A stretch of 42,348 nt of DNA from a virus (taxonomy: Duplodnaviria; Caudoviricetes): IMG/VR virus record IMGVR_UViG_3300032218_001918, positions 1 to 42,348 of that record, one strand, 5' to 3'. Positions 9,136 to 17,687 of this stretch are shown here, in pieces; positions within the stretch are counted from its first letter, which is position 1; the number at the start of each line of letters is the position of its first letter. A model generated the notes under the pieces. That model saw only the letters and a list, made by a program, of their open reading frames with translations, made no database searches and was not told the origin of the DNA. Made by a program: the position numbers and the translations under genes.

Positions 9136-11995
9136 CGTCAGGCGTTATTGGTCTAGTAATCTGCATGACGTTGACCCGCATGGTAGGACCACGAGTCTTG
9201 GATAGCAAGTCCTTGCGCACATACTTAACCTTGTAGTTGGGCAGAATCTCAATAGCTTCTTTGAAATCCTTGTAGCCAAAGCTCATCGATACGCAATGCT
9301 GCTTAAGTAATTGCTCTTCAATGTAGTAGTCAATGTGCCCCGGTGTAAAGCCTTTTTCTACACGCCCTGCAATATCAGATCGGGTAAGGGACTCATCTAC
9401 CGCTTCCGTGCCACCCAGACTAGCTATTAGTTTGCCTTCAACAGACAGCTTAACCATAACAAACTTGCCGTAACGCTCACGAGTGTAGGCGTTCAATACA
9501 TCCTCAGCCGTACGTTCGCTACTATGGATAATCCCACGAGCGCTGTACACCATCATGCGTAGAACTTCTACGATAGGCTTAACTGGTATATCAATGATGT
9601 TGGCATACTTTTTACCAAGCAGTTGTACAACAGCGATAATGCAGCTATTACCAGCAGTCCAATAGCGCTCATCTGCATTAGACTCAAACTCAACCTTTAG
9701 CCTTTCCTGTGTTTCATCTAGTACTTGCTTGGCGATTTCTCTGTTCTTGACTATCCAACGGATTAGCTCACGCCCTGCTACACCAAAATTTTTCTTAAGG
9801 AGTGATAACGCTTCTGCTTCTTCGGCTGTCCACTTTAGCTTGCGGTTCATCTGCAACTCAAGAATACGGAACATCTCAGCCTGTGATGCGTGCTTACGAG
9901 CGCCCGATAAGAAGTCCATGACGTGCGTATTGGATGAAAAGAGCACCAGCAGTTTCCATGTAGTGTCGTTAATGCGCTCTTCGTTAGAGCCCTGCTTCAT
10001 ACGATCTTTGCCCTTACCCTGCGTTAAATCTAGCAGGAACTCAGGCAACCATTCGAAGTCATCACGGCTCTTGTTGGTAGTCTCGTCAATAATAAATGGC
10101 AAACTATTCAATAAACCTTGACGCTGTTGCGATGCAACAATAGATGTGCTCTGTGTTACACGATAGCGCTCAGGATGACCAAAGAAACTAGCCGCAAGCT
10201 CAAGCGCCAATGACTTACCCATACCCGATTTAGAAGAACCAAGGTGGTATACACAGCCGTTATACCCTGTAAAGTCCATCAGCACCGAAGCTGGACCGAC
10301 TAAAGACATAGCCAATACTTGCCACTCTTGCTTGGCAACCAGCATATTAAAAACCTTCTTCCAGTTATCTAGCGTGCCGGTTGGCTTAGTAGACTGGTTG
10401 ATATTCTCTAGCGCTGGGGTTGGTACATAGGTTTCTTTGCCATCAGGAGAGAAGATTCGGCTGTTATACACAAACGTGTTGCCTTCTTGCCAGCCACAGC
10501 TATTTGGAATAGGCACAGCCTTCTTGTTAGCACTAATAAACTCCACGCAACCACGCACATACTCAAACAAGTGCTTGTCATTACCCGCCCCAAACGAAGC
10601 GATGATGTTCTGATTGGCTAGCGCCTTGACTGTTTCTTCTTTACTGACAATAGATTTCTGTGGGATTAGTACGTCAATCACCCCATCAGGACGGAAAGCC
10701 ATTAGGTGAACTATGTGATCACCCTTATTATTAAGAATATCTACTGCGAACAAATCGTAGGGGAGGAGCATTATCTGCTTGCGGGACTTAGTACCCTCTT
10801 CGTCCTCTACCATCCTGTCCATAAACACACCACCATTAGCACCAAAAGCAAATCCTCTAGGTGGGGTAGGGCGTGTAATCTTAACGGCTTCAGTCTCGTC
10901 ATTGAGGTTGGCGTCAACTTCTTTCTCTTGCACCCTGTCTATGACAACTTCTTTTGGAGCGTTGTCAACCTTTATTTCACGACCTAATGCTAGGGGGTTA
11001 GTAATCTTGCCAAAGTGAGGGCACTCCATACAGATGCCGGGGTTTGCCTCATCTAGCTTGACGCACTTATATGGTCCTTTGATCTGATTCCACTTGGTGT
11101 TGTGTCGATCTAAATCGTAGGGGTGCATGGCTGATAGCGCTAGCCCTTCTTCCATTCCATCATCGCAGGATTTAGCTATGCTGAGGATGCCACGCCACAA
11201 GGGTTCCATGCCGTCTTCTTGCGCATGCTCTTTGTAGTAGTTAATCTGACCACAAGTTTTGATGTTCTTAAAGAAAGTAATGCTGTTCTCTACCAGCTTA
11301 ACGCTGTTGGCATTAGGGGCTAATTTAGGGCGTGTGCCGGGCAGTTGTAGCGTTGGTAGCCCTTCGTATGCCGCAACACCAATCTCTTCTTTAAGGTGCT
11401 CTGCAAGGGCTTCAAAATTGAATGTACCGCCTGCCACTTTTATGGTTACTTTGCGTGGCTTCTCTTGCTTGTAGTTGTGTGTATCAGGCACACGCAGGAT
11501 ACGTGCGGCGTCCCCTGTAACGGAGTAATCGATGTTGAACTTAAGCTTCTTACACAACCGCTTTAAGTTCTCTGCAACAGGTTTCCAAGTGGCAATATCT
11601 ACTTCTTCGGTAAACGGAAAGTAAACGTGCAATCCCCCACCGCTGGAAATAATCCACGGCATACCCAAAGTACTTAAGCGAGAGTCTTCTAAAAACTGAT
11701 CCAATGCACGAGCGGCATCGGCTTTGTTCTCGTAGTCTTTGCCTACTGCACAATCAATGTCTAAAAACAGCGACCTGATCTTTACTGCGTTATCTGCAAG
11801 GCGTTTCTTCTCATCATTAAATGTGGCTAAGGCGTAGAAAGTGTTGTACTTCTTTTCATCAAACGCTATGGCGGCGTTATACAGTTCGTCAATCGTGTTA
11901 ACGAACACATGTTCTTTTTTAGCTGTGCTAATTTCTACGGCGCAATAAATACCCGAAGTCGGTAGCACAGTCGCTAGGAATTCCTGCGACGTCAT
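9122..11995 (-). CDS. Primase-helicase fusion (AEP/RepB-like primase + Cys cluster + DUF927 / P-loop helicase)
   Basis: LFLDID, SSGGGLHVY and RILRVP primase motifs; C..C.H cluster; Walker A GSSKSGMGKS and Walker B IIDE. Confidence 0.8.
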   Translation of the reverse strand: MTSQEFLATVLPTSGIYCAVEISTAKKEHVFVNTIDELYNAAIAFDEKKYNTFYALATFNDEKKRLADNAVKIRSLFLDIDCAVGKDYENKADAARALDQFLEDSRLSTLGMPWIISSGGGLHVYFPFTEEVDIATWKPVAENLKRLCKKLKFNIDYSVTGDAARILRVPDTHNYKQEKPRKVTIKVAGGTFNFEALAEHLKEEIGVAAYEGLPTLQLPGTRPKLAPNANSVKLVENSITFFKNIKTCGQINYYKEHAQEDGMEPLWRGILSIAKSCDDGMEEGLALSAMHPYDLDRHNTKWNQIKGPYKCVKLDEANPGICMECPHFGKITNPLALGREIKVDNAPKEVVIDRVQEKEVDANLNDETEAVKITRPTPPRGFAFGANGGVFMDRMVEDEEGTKSRKQIMLLPYDLFAVDILNNKGDHIVHLMAFRPDGVIDVLIPQKSIVSKEETVKALANQNIIASFGAGNDKHLFEYVRGCVEFISANKKAVPIPNSCGWQEGNTFVYNSRIFSPDGKETYVPTPALENINQSTKPTGTLDNWKKVFNMLVAKQEWQVLAMSLVGPASVLMDFTGYNGCVYHLGSSKSGMGKSLALELAASFFGHPERYRVTQSTSIVASQQRQGLLNSLPFIIDETTNKSRDDFEWLPEFLLDLTQGKGKDRMKQGSNEERINDTTWKLLVLFSSNTHVMDFLSGARKHASQAEMFRILELQMNRKLKWTAEEAEALSLLKKNFGVAGRELIRWIVKNREIAKQVLDETQERLKVEFESNADERYWTAGNSCIIAVVQLLGKKYANIIDIPVKPIVEVLRMMVYSARGIIHSSERTAEDVLNAYTRERYGKFVMVKLSVEGKLIASLGGTEAVDESLTRSDIAGRVEKGFTPGHIDYYIEEQLLKQHCVSMSFGYKDFKEAIEILPNYKVKYVRKDLLSKTRGPTMRVNVMQITRPITPDDEES

Positions 11996-12010
11996 GTGAA
12001 ACCTTTCGAG

Positions 12011-12178
12011 TTAATAAGTGCGTGTGAGTACTATCTTGTCAGCAAAACGGCGAACTAATTCTATTTGTAAATTCTTAGGCAGACCTTGTGTATATACAGA
12101 CTCTTCACAAAAGCGCAACAGTTCAAGATCACTAAGAGATGCGGCATGGATTGGGGGTGCTATTGATGTTTGTTGCAT
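12011..12178 (-). CDS. Small hypothetical protein (55 aa, not in ORF track)
   Basis: Manual translation MQQTSIAPPIHAASLSDLELLRFCEE...; GAGG upstream; fills the gap in the operon. Confidence 0.6.
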   Translation of the reverse strand: MQQTSIAPPIHAASLSDLELLRFCEESVYTQGLPKNLQIELVRRFADKIVLTRTY

Positions 12179-12426
12179 TGTCTTAGTGCCTCTTCGGATG
12201 TCTTGCTAGATTGGAGTATGTTCAACAAGGACTGCACACGCATCTTATATGCGTTGGTTACTTCGGTTCCGCTGAACCAGTTGTACACAGTTTGTCTTGT
12301 TGCGCCTGTAAATTTTGCTACTTCTATTACTGGGAAATCTAAGCTGATCGCCCACCGCCCCAACTGGTTGCCCAGCGTCTTAGGTGCGTTCTTCGTTGTG
12401 TTTCTAATTTCTTCTGAATAAGCCAT
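12160..12426 (-). CDS. Cro/XRE-like helix-turn-helix regulator
   Basis: VIEVAKFTGATRQTVYNWFSG HTH; start moved to MAYSEE. Confidence 0.75.
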   Translation of the reverse strand: MAYSEEIRNTTKNAPKTLGNQLGRWAISLDFPVIEVAKFTGATRQTVYNWFSGTEVTNAYKMRVQSLLNILQSSKTSEEALRQCNKHQ

Positions 12427-12443
12427 GATCTTCTCGTTGTATT

Positions 12444-12460
12444 GGGGGGACAAGCCCCCC
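12444..12460. terminator. GC hairpin between SSB-like and HTH genes (terminator-like or mRNA-stabilising)
   Basis: GGGGGG-ACAAG-CCCCCC; no clear U-tract on the coding strand. Confidence 0.35.
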
Positions 12461-12469
12461 TATTTATTA

Positions 12470-13363
12470 TTACTCGTCATCCCACTCGTCAACTGTAGCG
12501 GCTAAGCTACTGGCTTTTTTCTGTGGTACTGCGGTTGCCTTTGGAGCTGGCTTACGCTTCTCAGGCTCATCAACTTCTTCTGCTTCTTCTACTGGTGCGG
12601 CTTTAGCTTTTGGCTTAGCGCCCTCAAGTTGTAGGGGCTTATCTGCTGGCTTAGCTACTGACATTGTTACAGCTAGCTTTGCTTCGGTAGATTCGCCCTT
12701 CTTAACTGCAACTGCGTACTCATCATCCTCTAACCAACGTAATGGTTGAAAGAACAACTTGGGTACTGCGGCTTTAGTATCGAAACGCAAGCGGGTAACT
12801 AACGTCTCAGGGTTAATGCTTTGTGCGGCAAGGTAACGAGCGTAGGCTTGAAGTGGGCGTTTCTCGCCTTCTTCTTTACCGAAGATTGATGTAGCGGCTA
12901 ACTGCAACTGCATGACATCACCACCAACATCGTTAGCCAAAACAACCGCTAAACGCTGACTAAATCTGCAAGCCTTAGAATCGCCCTGACCTGAGCCCTT
13001 AACATTCATTGGGCATGATGCGCAATCACTTGCTTGTGGTTCTTCAACAGTTGCGTCAGGCTTATCGCCATCAGCAGACCAGCAGTCAGGACCTTTGGTC
13101 TCGCCTTCAACGTATTGTCCAGCGTAGAATGTACGGCTGATTTTAGGTGCGGCGTTTACGATAACAACATCAAGATGGCGATCATCTATGGATGTGATCT
13201 CTTTACCATCTGCCATCAAACGGAATACACCGCCCTTGATAGAGATACGTTTTGTACTACCGCCGCCTGTGCCACCAGTAAGACTCTTGGCTAGTGCGGA
13301 TAACTCCCCTTTGCGTGCAAATGCTGGGGTCTGATTGGGATTAAAGTTGGCTAGATCGCCCAT
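12470..13363 (-). CDS. Putative ssDNA-binding/annealing protein
   Basis: Replication-module position; Cys motifs (PDCWS..CASCP..KAC); flexible tail ending in acidic-aromatic DEWDDE, typical of SSBs. Confidence 0.6.
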   Translation of the reverse strand: MGDLANFNPNQTPAFARKGELSALAKSLTGGTGGGSTKRISIKGGVFRLMADGKEITSIDDRHLDVVIVNAAPKISRTFYAGQYVEGETKGPDCWSADGDKPDATVEEPQASDCASCPMNVKGSGQGDSKACRFSQRLAVVLANDVGGDVMQLQLAATSIFGKEEGEKRPLQAYARYLAAQSINPETLVTRLRFDTKAAVPKLFFQPLRWLEDDEYAVAVKKGESTEAKLAVTMSVAKPADKPLQLEGAKPKAKAAPVEEAEEVDEPEKRKPAPKATAVPQKKASSLAATVDEWDDE

Positions 13364-13374
13364 AATTACTACTC

Positions 13375-13785
13375 CTATTTGGTTGGTTTACGTACTGTTA
13401 CTGCATACTCAGACATCGAGTTGAGTCCGGCTGGCACTACGCCGGGGTTCTCTTCTAAAAACATAGACATATTCTTCTGCGCTATACGCTTCTCAAACAG
13501 GTCTAGTGCATCATGCTCCACAACAAACGTCTTGAAGGAATCCCAGTCGTCCGTATAGTAGCGTGTCTTTTGCGAAAGAATAATCGTGCCTTCATCTGTG
13601 CGCACAGAGCTACTGCCCAATGCCAACATCTGATCTTTCATGGCGTTCTTAATCTCGTCTTGCTTCGCTTTGAGTTCTTCGATCTGACTCTCATAATCCT
13701 TGGTCAGTTCTTGAACCCTTGAGTATATCTTGCGATAGACTCTTGCTAGTTTATCTAGCGGTATTACATCATCCTCGTTTGGCAT
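13375..13785 (-). CDS. Conserved phage hypothetical protein (coiled coil + beta domain)
   Basis: 136 aa with strong AAGGAG RBS. Confidence 0.7.
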   Translation of the reverse strand: MPNEDDVIPLDKLARVYRKIYSRVQELTKDYESQIEELKAKQDEIKNAMKDQMLALGSSSVRTDEGTIILSQKTRYYTDDWDSFKTFVVEHDALDLFEKRIAQKNMSMFLEENPGVVPAGLNSMSEYAVTVRKPTK

Positions 13786-13806
13786 TTATATGCTCCTTTG
13801 TAAAAG

Positions 13807-13848
13807 ATTATACATCAGTAAAGATGCTAAGTAACCCGACATAGGGTT
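13807..13848 (-). promoter_or_regulatory. Putative promoter for the SSB/primase operon
   Basis: Perfect TATAAT (minus strand, 13807-13812); weak -35 next to the inverted repeat AACCC-n6-GGGTT. Confidence 0.45.
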
Positions 13849-13852
13849 TTCC

Positions 13853-15412
13853 TTATAAATTAATTTCCTCCTTGTATAGGTTCAAGAGAAGGTCGTGCCC
13901 TTCAACACGTTTCTCAAGTTGTTTGAACATACGCTTTTCAATTTCGCTACCTTGCAAGTGTATCACCGTCACATTGGTTGACGTTTGTCCGATGCGATCT
14001 GCACGAGCAATACATTGTAAATACGTTTCTACCGACATAACAGGACCATAGAACACCACAGTATCAGCCGCAGTAAGTGTTACGCCATGCGATGCGGCTT
14101 GCGGCTGAACTACTAAAATCCTTGGGTCAGGGTTTGTCTGAAATCTTTTAAAGATGTCGGTACGTTTATTGACGCTTACATCACCATGTATCACTTCACT
14201 TGCTATGTTGTGTTTGAGCAAGTGGTTGTGGATTGTTTCAATGCTGTGTCTGAATGGTGCAAACACGATTACCTTACGGCTGGTCTCTTCCAACACCTCA
14301 AGTAGCACGTTCAAGCGAGGCGCACAGTCGAACTCAACAACCTCGTGGTCATCTGTATACGCCGCCCCTGCTGAAATTTGTAGCAACTTACTTACACCAG
14401 CCGCCGCATTAACCGCAGTAATAGTCTCGCCCGATGCCTGCATAACCATACGATCTTTGAGCATGCGATAGTACTTAACTTGTTGAGGCGTAAGGGGAAT
14501 TTCTCGTGTCTCTGTAAGCACAGGCGGTAGGTCGGTGCACTCTTCTTTTGTATAACGTATTGCTGGCTGAAGGGCATCGTACACATCCTGCTGTGCATTA
14601 AGTTTTGGAGCCCACTTGAACTTAGTCAGCTTGTTCATTACCTTGTCACGCCATGCCGTAGCAAATTTCGGTACACCTGAAGGGTTCACTAGCTTAGCTA
14701 AACCATACGCATCCACAGGAGATTGTGAGGCTGGTGTGCCTGTCATCATCCACAACATAGTGTCAGGCTTGAGAATCTTGTTGAGCGACTTCCACCGCTT
14801 GGTAGTTGGGTTCTTGTACGCATTAGCCTCATCCACAATCACCAAGTCAAAGCGCCCATCGTTGGCAACCTCGTCAGCTATCAGGTTCAAGCCGTCATAG
14901 TTCACCACAACAAATTCATAAGAACCTTGAACCATCTCAATACGGCGTGATGCTTGTACATGGTGTGCTGCCACTACTGAGCGGTGAATGATGCTCTTTC
15001 CAATCGAACTAATCCAAGCATCGTGCATGATGGATAGCGGACACAGAATCAAACAACGGCGTACATGCCCTAGCTTCATCAAGTAATCAGCCGCCCATAG
15101 TGCGGAGAAAGTTTTGCCAGTACCGGGGTCGTTGAACACAAACGCTCGGCGATTCATTGTCAAGAAAGACGACGTATCTATCTGATGTGCAAAGGGTTTA
15201 TGACGACCGGGCCAGTTGTAGCGTGCCGTTATGGGCGATGGTGCGTTCTTAACACCTAGGTTGCGGAGCACACGGGTTTCATCTAGCCCCCAAAACACAG
15301 CCACTTCAAACGTGCCGTTGTCTTCGCTTACGATTTTGCTTCTTGGTATAACGCTGTACTTGTCAGGGTTGCGTGTCTTAAACAACAACGCTTTGTTTTC
15401 TATGATTTGCAT
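13853..15412 (-). CDS. SNF2-family (SF2) helicase
   Basis: DPGTGKT, VIVDEA, MTGTP and QCIARADRIGQ motifs. Confidence 0.9.
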   Translation of the reverse strand: MQIIENKALLFKTRNPDKYSVIPRSKIVSEDNGTFEVAVFWGLDETRVLRNLGVKNAPSPITARYNWPGRHKPFAHQIDTSSFLTMNRRAFVFNDPGTGKTFSALWAADYLMKLGHVRRCLILCPLSIMHDAWISSIGKSIIHRSVVAAHHVQASRRIEMVQGSYEFVVVNYDGLNLIADEVANDGRFDLVIVDEANAYKNPTTKRWKSLNKILKPDTMLWMMTGTPASQSPVDAYGLAKLVNPSGVPKFATAWRDKVMNKLTKFKWAPKLNAQQDVYDALQPAIRYTKEECTDLPPVLTETREIPLTPQQVKYYRMLKDRMVMQASGETITAVNAAAGVSKLLQISAGAAYTDDHEVVEFDCAPRLNVLLEVLEETSRKVIVFAPFRHSIETIHNHLLKHNIASEVIHGDVSVNKRTDIFKRFQTNPDPRILVVQPQAASHGVTLTAADTVVFYGPVMSVETYLQCIARADRIGQTSTNVTVIHLQGSEIEKRMFKQLEKRVEGHDLLLNLYKEEINL

Positions 15413-15789
15413 TATTCAATAATCCTATATACAGCGGCATACTGGCTAGCTAAGTGATGCTTCTCCAACTTGTTTGCACCAACGAGCCGTATCAAAGCTA
15501 TGCGCCAAAAGTCATCCTCTTGGAAGTCAGCTTCGTCAACCCACTCTCCTTGCCAACGCATTGTCCACATATCTATCAACGCAGACAACGGCGCTTTCAT
15601 GGCATCGTTTTGTAAGTCTGCTTCAGTCAGTATTTTTGAGCCCGATGGCGTAACGCTTACGTTTGCTGGGTATGCGCCACTTACTGTTACTGTATTTTGT
15701 ATTGCCTTCACTTGTTCTGCTGATAGAGCGTTTATATGTAGTCTTTGGTGCTCTATTGCGTCAGCATAGTCCTTGTCTGATATACCCAT
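15412..15789 (-). CDS. Hypothetical protein
   Basis: 125 aa, translationally coupled on both sides. Confidence 0.7.
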   Translation of the reverse strand: MGISDKDYADAIEHQRLHINALSAEQVKAIQNTVTVSGAYPANVSVTPSGSKILTEADLQNDAMKAPLSALIDMWTMRWQGEWVDEADFQEDDFWRIALIRLVGANKLEKHHLASQYAAVYRIIE

Positions 15790-16046
15790 TATTTAATAGC
15801 ACCTTTAGAAGTACGTTTAAAAGAGCGATTCTTGCTAGCTGGTACGGCTTTAATGTTAGAGCGGGTCGTTGTACCGCCCTTGCTTAGTGGCTTTTTGTGG
15901 TCAACGTCCATGCCGTCACCCTTATGTACCACACCTTCACGCTCTAGCATGCGTCGTGCTTTGTTGCGTTGTGCTCGCTTCTTCTTGACCATTTCTGTGC
16001 CGTCATAGTTAGCGTATTCTTGTGCGTAGTTGCGTTTTGTTGCCAT
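15789..16046 (-). CDS. Small HNH endonuclease
   Basis: DVDHKKPLSKGG...SN...NRS HNH signature. Confidence 0.8.
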   Translation of the reverse strand: MATKRNYAQEYANYDGTEMVKKKRAQRNKARRMLEREGVVHKGDGMDVDHKKPLSKGGTTTRSNIKAVPASKNRSFKRTSKGAIK

Positions 16047-16054
16047 GATTGTCC

Positions 16055-16720
16055 TTAGTGTTTTGGGTTAAATTCGCAACCCTTCACTTGGCACCAACCG
16101 CATAGCGGTGTGCTGGTCGGGTTCCAAACATCATTGTCGTACGAAGCGGCTAGCTTGGCTACCCTCTCCCTGTATCTCCACCAATGAAACTCTTTCTCTT
16201 CTACGGTCATCACTTGTGTGACCATAGAGTTCTTTACAACAAATAGCAGAGCGGAGTTCACTTGGCGTATGTGGGGGAAGTGGGCAAACACCATCAAAGA
16301 CATCAGGGTTAGCTGATCTCGGTCGGGGTATCTGTCGTTGCCTGTCTTATAGTCCACTACCCTAGCCTTGAGCCCATCGTCATCCACAATCAGTAGGTCA
16401 GCAATACCACGCACCCATACGTCAGGGTCGTTGAAATCGCATGGGGTCAGGTCTTCTTTCAACCCCATCTCATGCTCGGTTAACTTGCGCCCTGTCTTTT
16501 TGAGTAGTGAGTCAAGCGTAGGCTTCATGAATTCATGCTCAGGGGGTAGTGGTACGTTATCTCGTACGTAGTGTTCAGCAGACTCGTGTACTTGCTTGCC
16601 GTAAATAGTATGAACTGTGTCTGTGAACGGGTAGTTCTTGAGCACCTTGACTTCGTGGAAACGTCTTGCACAGCCCTCAAAGTCTTTAAGCCCTGAGTGC
16701 GACCATTTAATTTTTGCCAT
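16055..16720 (-). CDS. Cas4-like PD-(D/E)XK exonuclease
   Basis: WSHS..KDFEGC, G..VH, GIADL..VDYKTG, QL and C-terminal LCGWC..C; start moved to MAKIKW. Confidence 0.85.
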   Translation of the reverse strand: MAKIKWSHSGLKDFEGCARRFHEVKVLKNYPFTDTVHTIYGKQVHESAEHYVRDNVPLPPEHEFMKPTLDSLLKKTGRKLTEHEMGLKEDLTPCDFNDPDVWVRGIADLLIVDDDGLKARVVDYKTGNDRYPDRDQLTLMSLMVFAHFPHIRQVNSALLFVVKNSMVTQVMTVEEKEFHWWRYRERVAKLAASYDNDVWNPTSTPLCGWCQVKGCEFNPKH

Positions 16721-16922
16721 GATGTTTCTTCCAAAATTCAAAAATCTTTACTACCTCGTTTATATCAGCCGTTGAGTGCGCCCTGTATGGCATGCCCATG
16801 CGAGGTGGAAATCCAGCTTCTGCCTCATTCCACGTAAACAATCCATGTTTGATCTCGACAGGAAAGCCAGCAATCTGTATAAGACTTAGCATGCACTCGT
16901 CTTCATCAGATAAATTCGGCAT
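16707..16922 (-). CDS. Hypothetical protein (paralogue of neighbour)
   Basis: MPNLSDEDECMLSLIQIAGF. Confidence 0.6.
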   Translation of the reverse strand: MPNLSDEDECMLSLIQIAGFPVEIKHGLFTWNEAEAGFPPRMGMPYRAHSTADINEVVKIFEFWKKHHGKN

Positions 16923-17145
16923 ACTTACTTCCCTTACCATCGGTTACAAACTTAAACACCTTGCGGACTGCTTCGTACTCGGTGTCGGCTCTGAATACAA
17001 GCGGTGTTGTGTTTCCATCGGGGGTGTATAGCTGAATGGTTGTGTGTTCTCGGTTGATGTTAGGCACAACCCCAAAGCCAGCCAACTTCATCAGGTCAAT
17101 CATGGTCTGTTCTTCGTCACTCCAACGTGGCTCGTATTCGCCCAT
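16906..17145 (-). CDS. Hypothetical protein (paralogue of neighbour)
   Basis: WSDEEQTMIDLMKLAGF. Confidence 0.65.
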   Translation of the reverse strand: MGEYEPRWSDEEQTMIDLMKLAGFGVVPNINREHTTIQLYTPDGNTTPLVFRADTEYEAVRKVFKFVTDGKGSKYAEFI

Positions 17146-17457
17146 TTAAAACCTCGCAGTCTTGATAGCTTGGTCTAAGCGGTTGGAGAACTCAGTTACA
17201 AACCGCTCGTCATGCGTCAGCTTGTTGCCCATATCGTAAAGAATTGCGTGGGTAAGCTCGTGCCAAAAGGTATTAGCTCGCTCATCCGCGTCATACTTAT
17301 ACCCTCTAAGTGGGTTGCCTTTGGCTATGGTGATGGTGTGTGCTTCTTCGTCAAACGACCCATGACATATGGTATTTCCTACGACTACACTTTTTTTCGT
17401 GCATATCTGGTGGGGGGTATTACCTATGACAACTTCTTTTGGTATCTTCATTTGCAT
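17146..17457 (-). CDS. Small zincin-like metallopeptidase
   Basis: TFWHELTHAIL (HExxH) followed by a downstream Glu (HDERFV). Confidence 0.75.
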   Translation of the reverse strand: MQMKIPKEVVIGNTPHQICTKKSVVVGNTICHGSFDEEAHTITIAKGNPLRGYKYDADERANTFWHELTHAILYDMGNKLTHDERFVTEFSNRLDQAIKTARF

Positions 17458-17687
17458 AACTCCTTGATTTGATTAGTTATTGGCAGTAACTCAAACAGTA
17501 TGGCGTCTAACATTCTGTGATGCTTTATCCATTTTTCTTGTTTGCGACGTGCTCGTTGATAGTATCTTTGTACTCCTGTAGCGCTCACATCAAACTCTTT
17601 CTTCATCCTAATAAACGTGTATCCAGCTTCACGCAAAGTCAGGGCTTTCAATTCTTTTGGTGTTAGCACATCGTTGATCTCGTGCAT
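17448..17687 (-). CDS. Sigma70 region 4 / LuxR-like HTH protein
   Basis: LTPKE..L.LR..GYTF......FDVS...V..Y..RARRK. Confidence 0.6.
   Translation of the reverse strand: MHEINDVLTPKELKALTLREAGYTFIRMKKEFDVSATGVQRYYQRARRKQEKWIKHHRMLDAILFELLPITNQIKELCK

Noticed and set aside
12444-12460. Ninth copy of the GGGGACA palindrome
   Set aside because: Only the left half matches; it forms a different G6/C6 hairpin
16055-16720. Cas4-like gene as evidence of CRISPR-Cas
   Set aside because: No other cas genes or array; stand-alone Cas4-like exonucleases are common in phage replication modules
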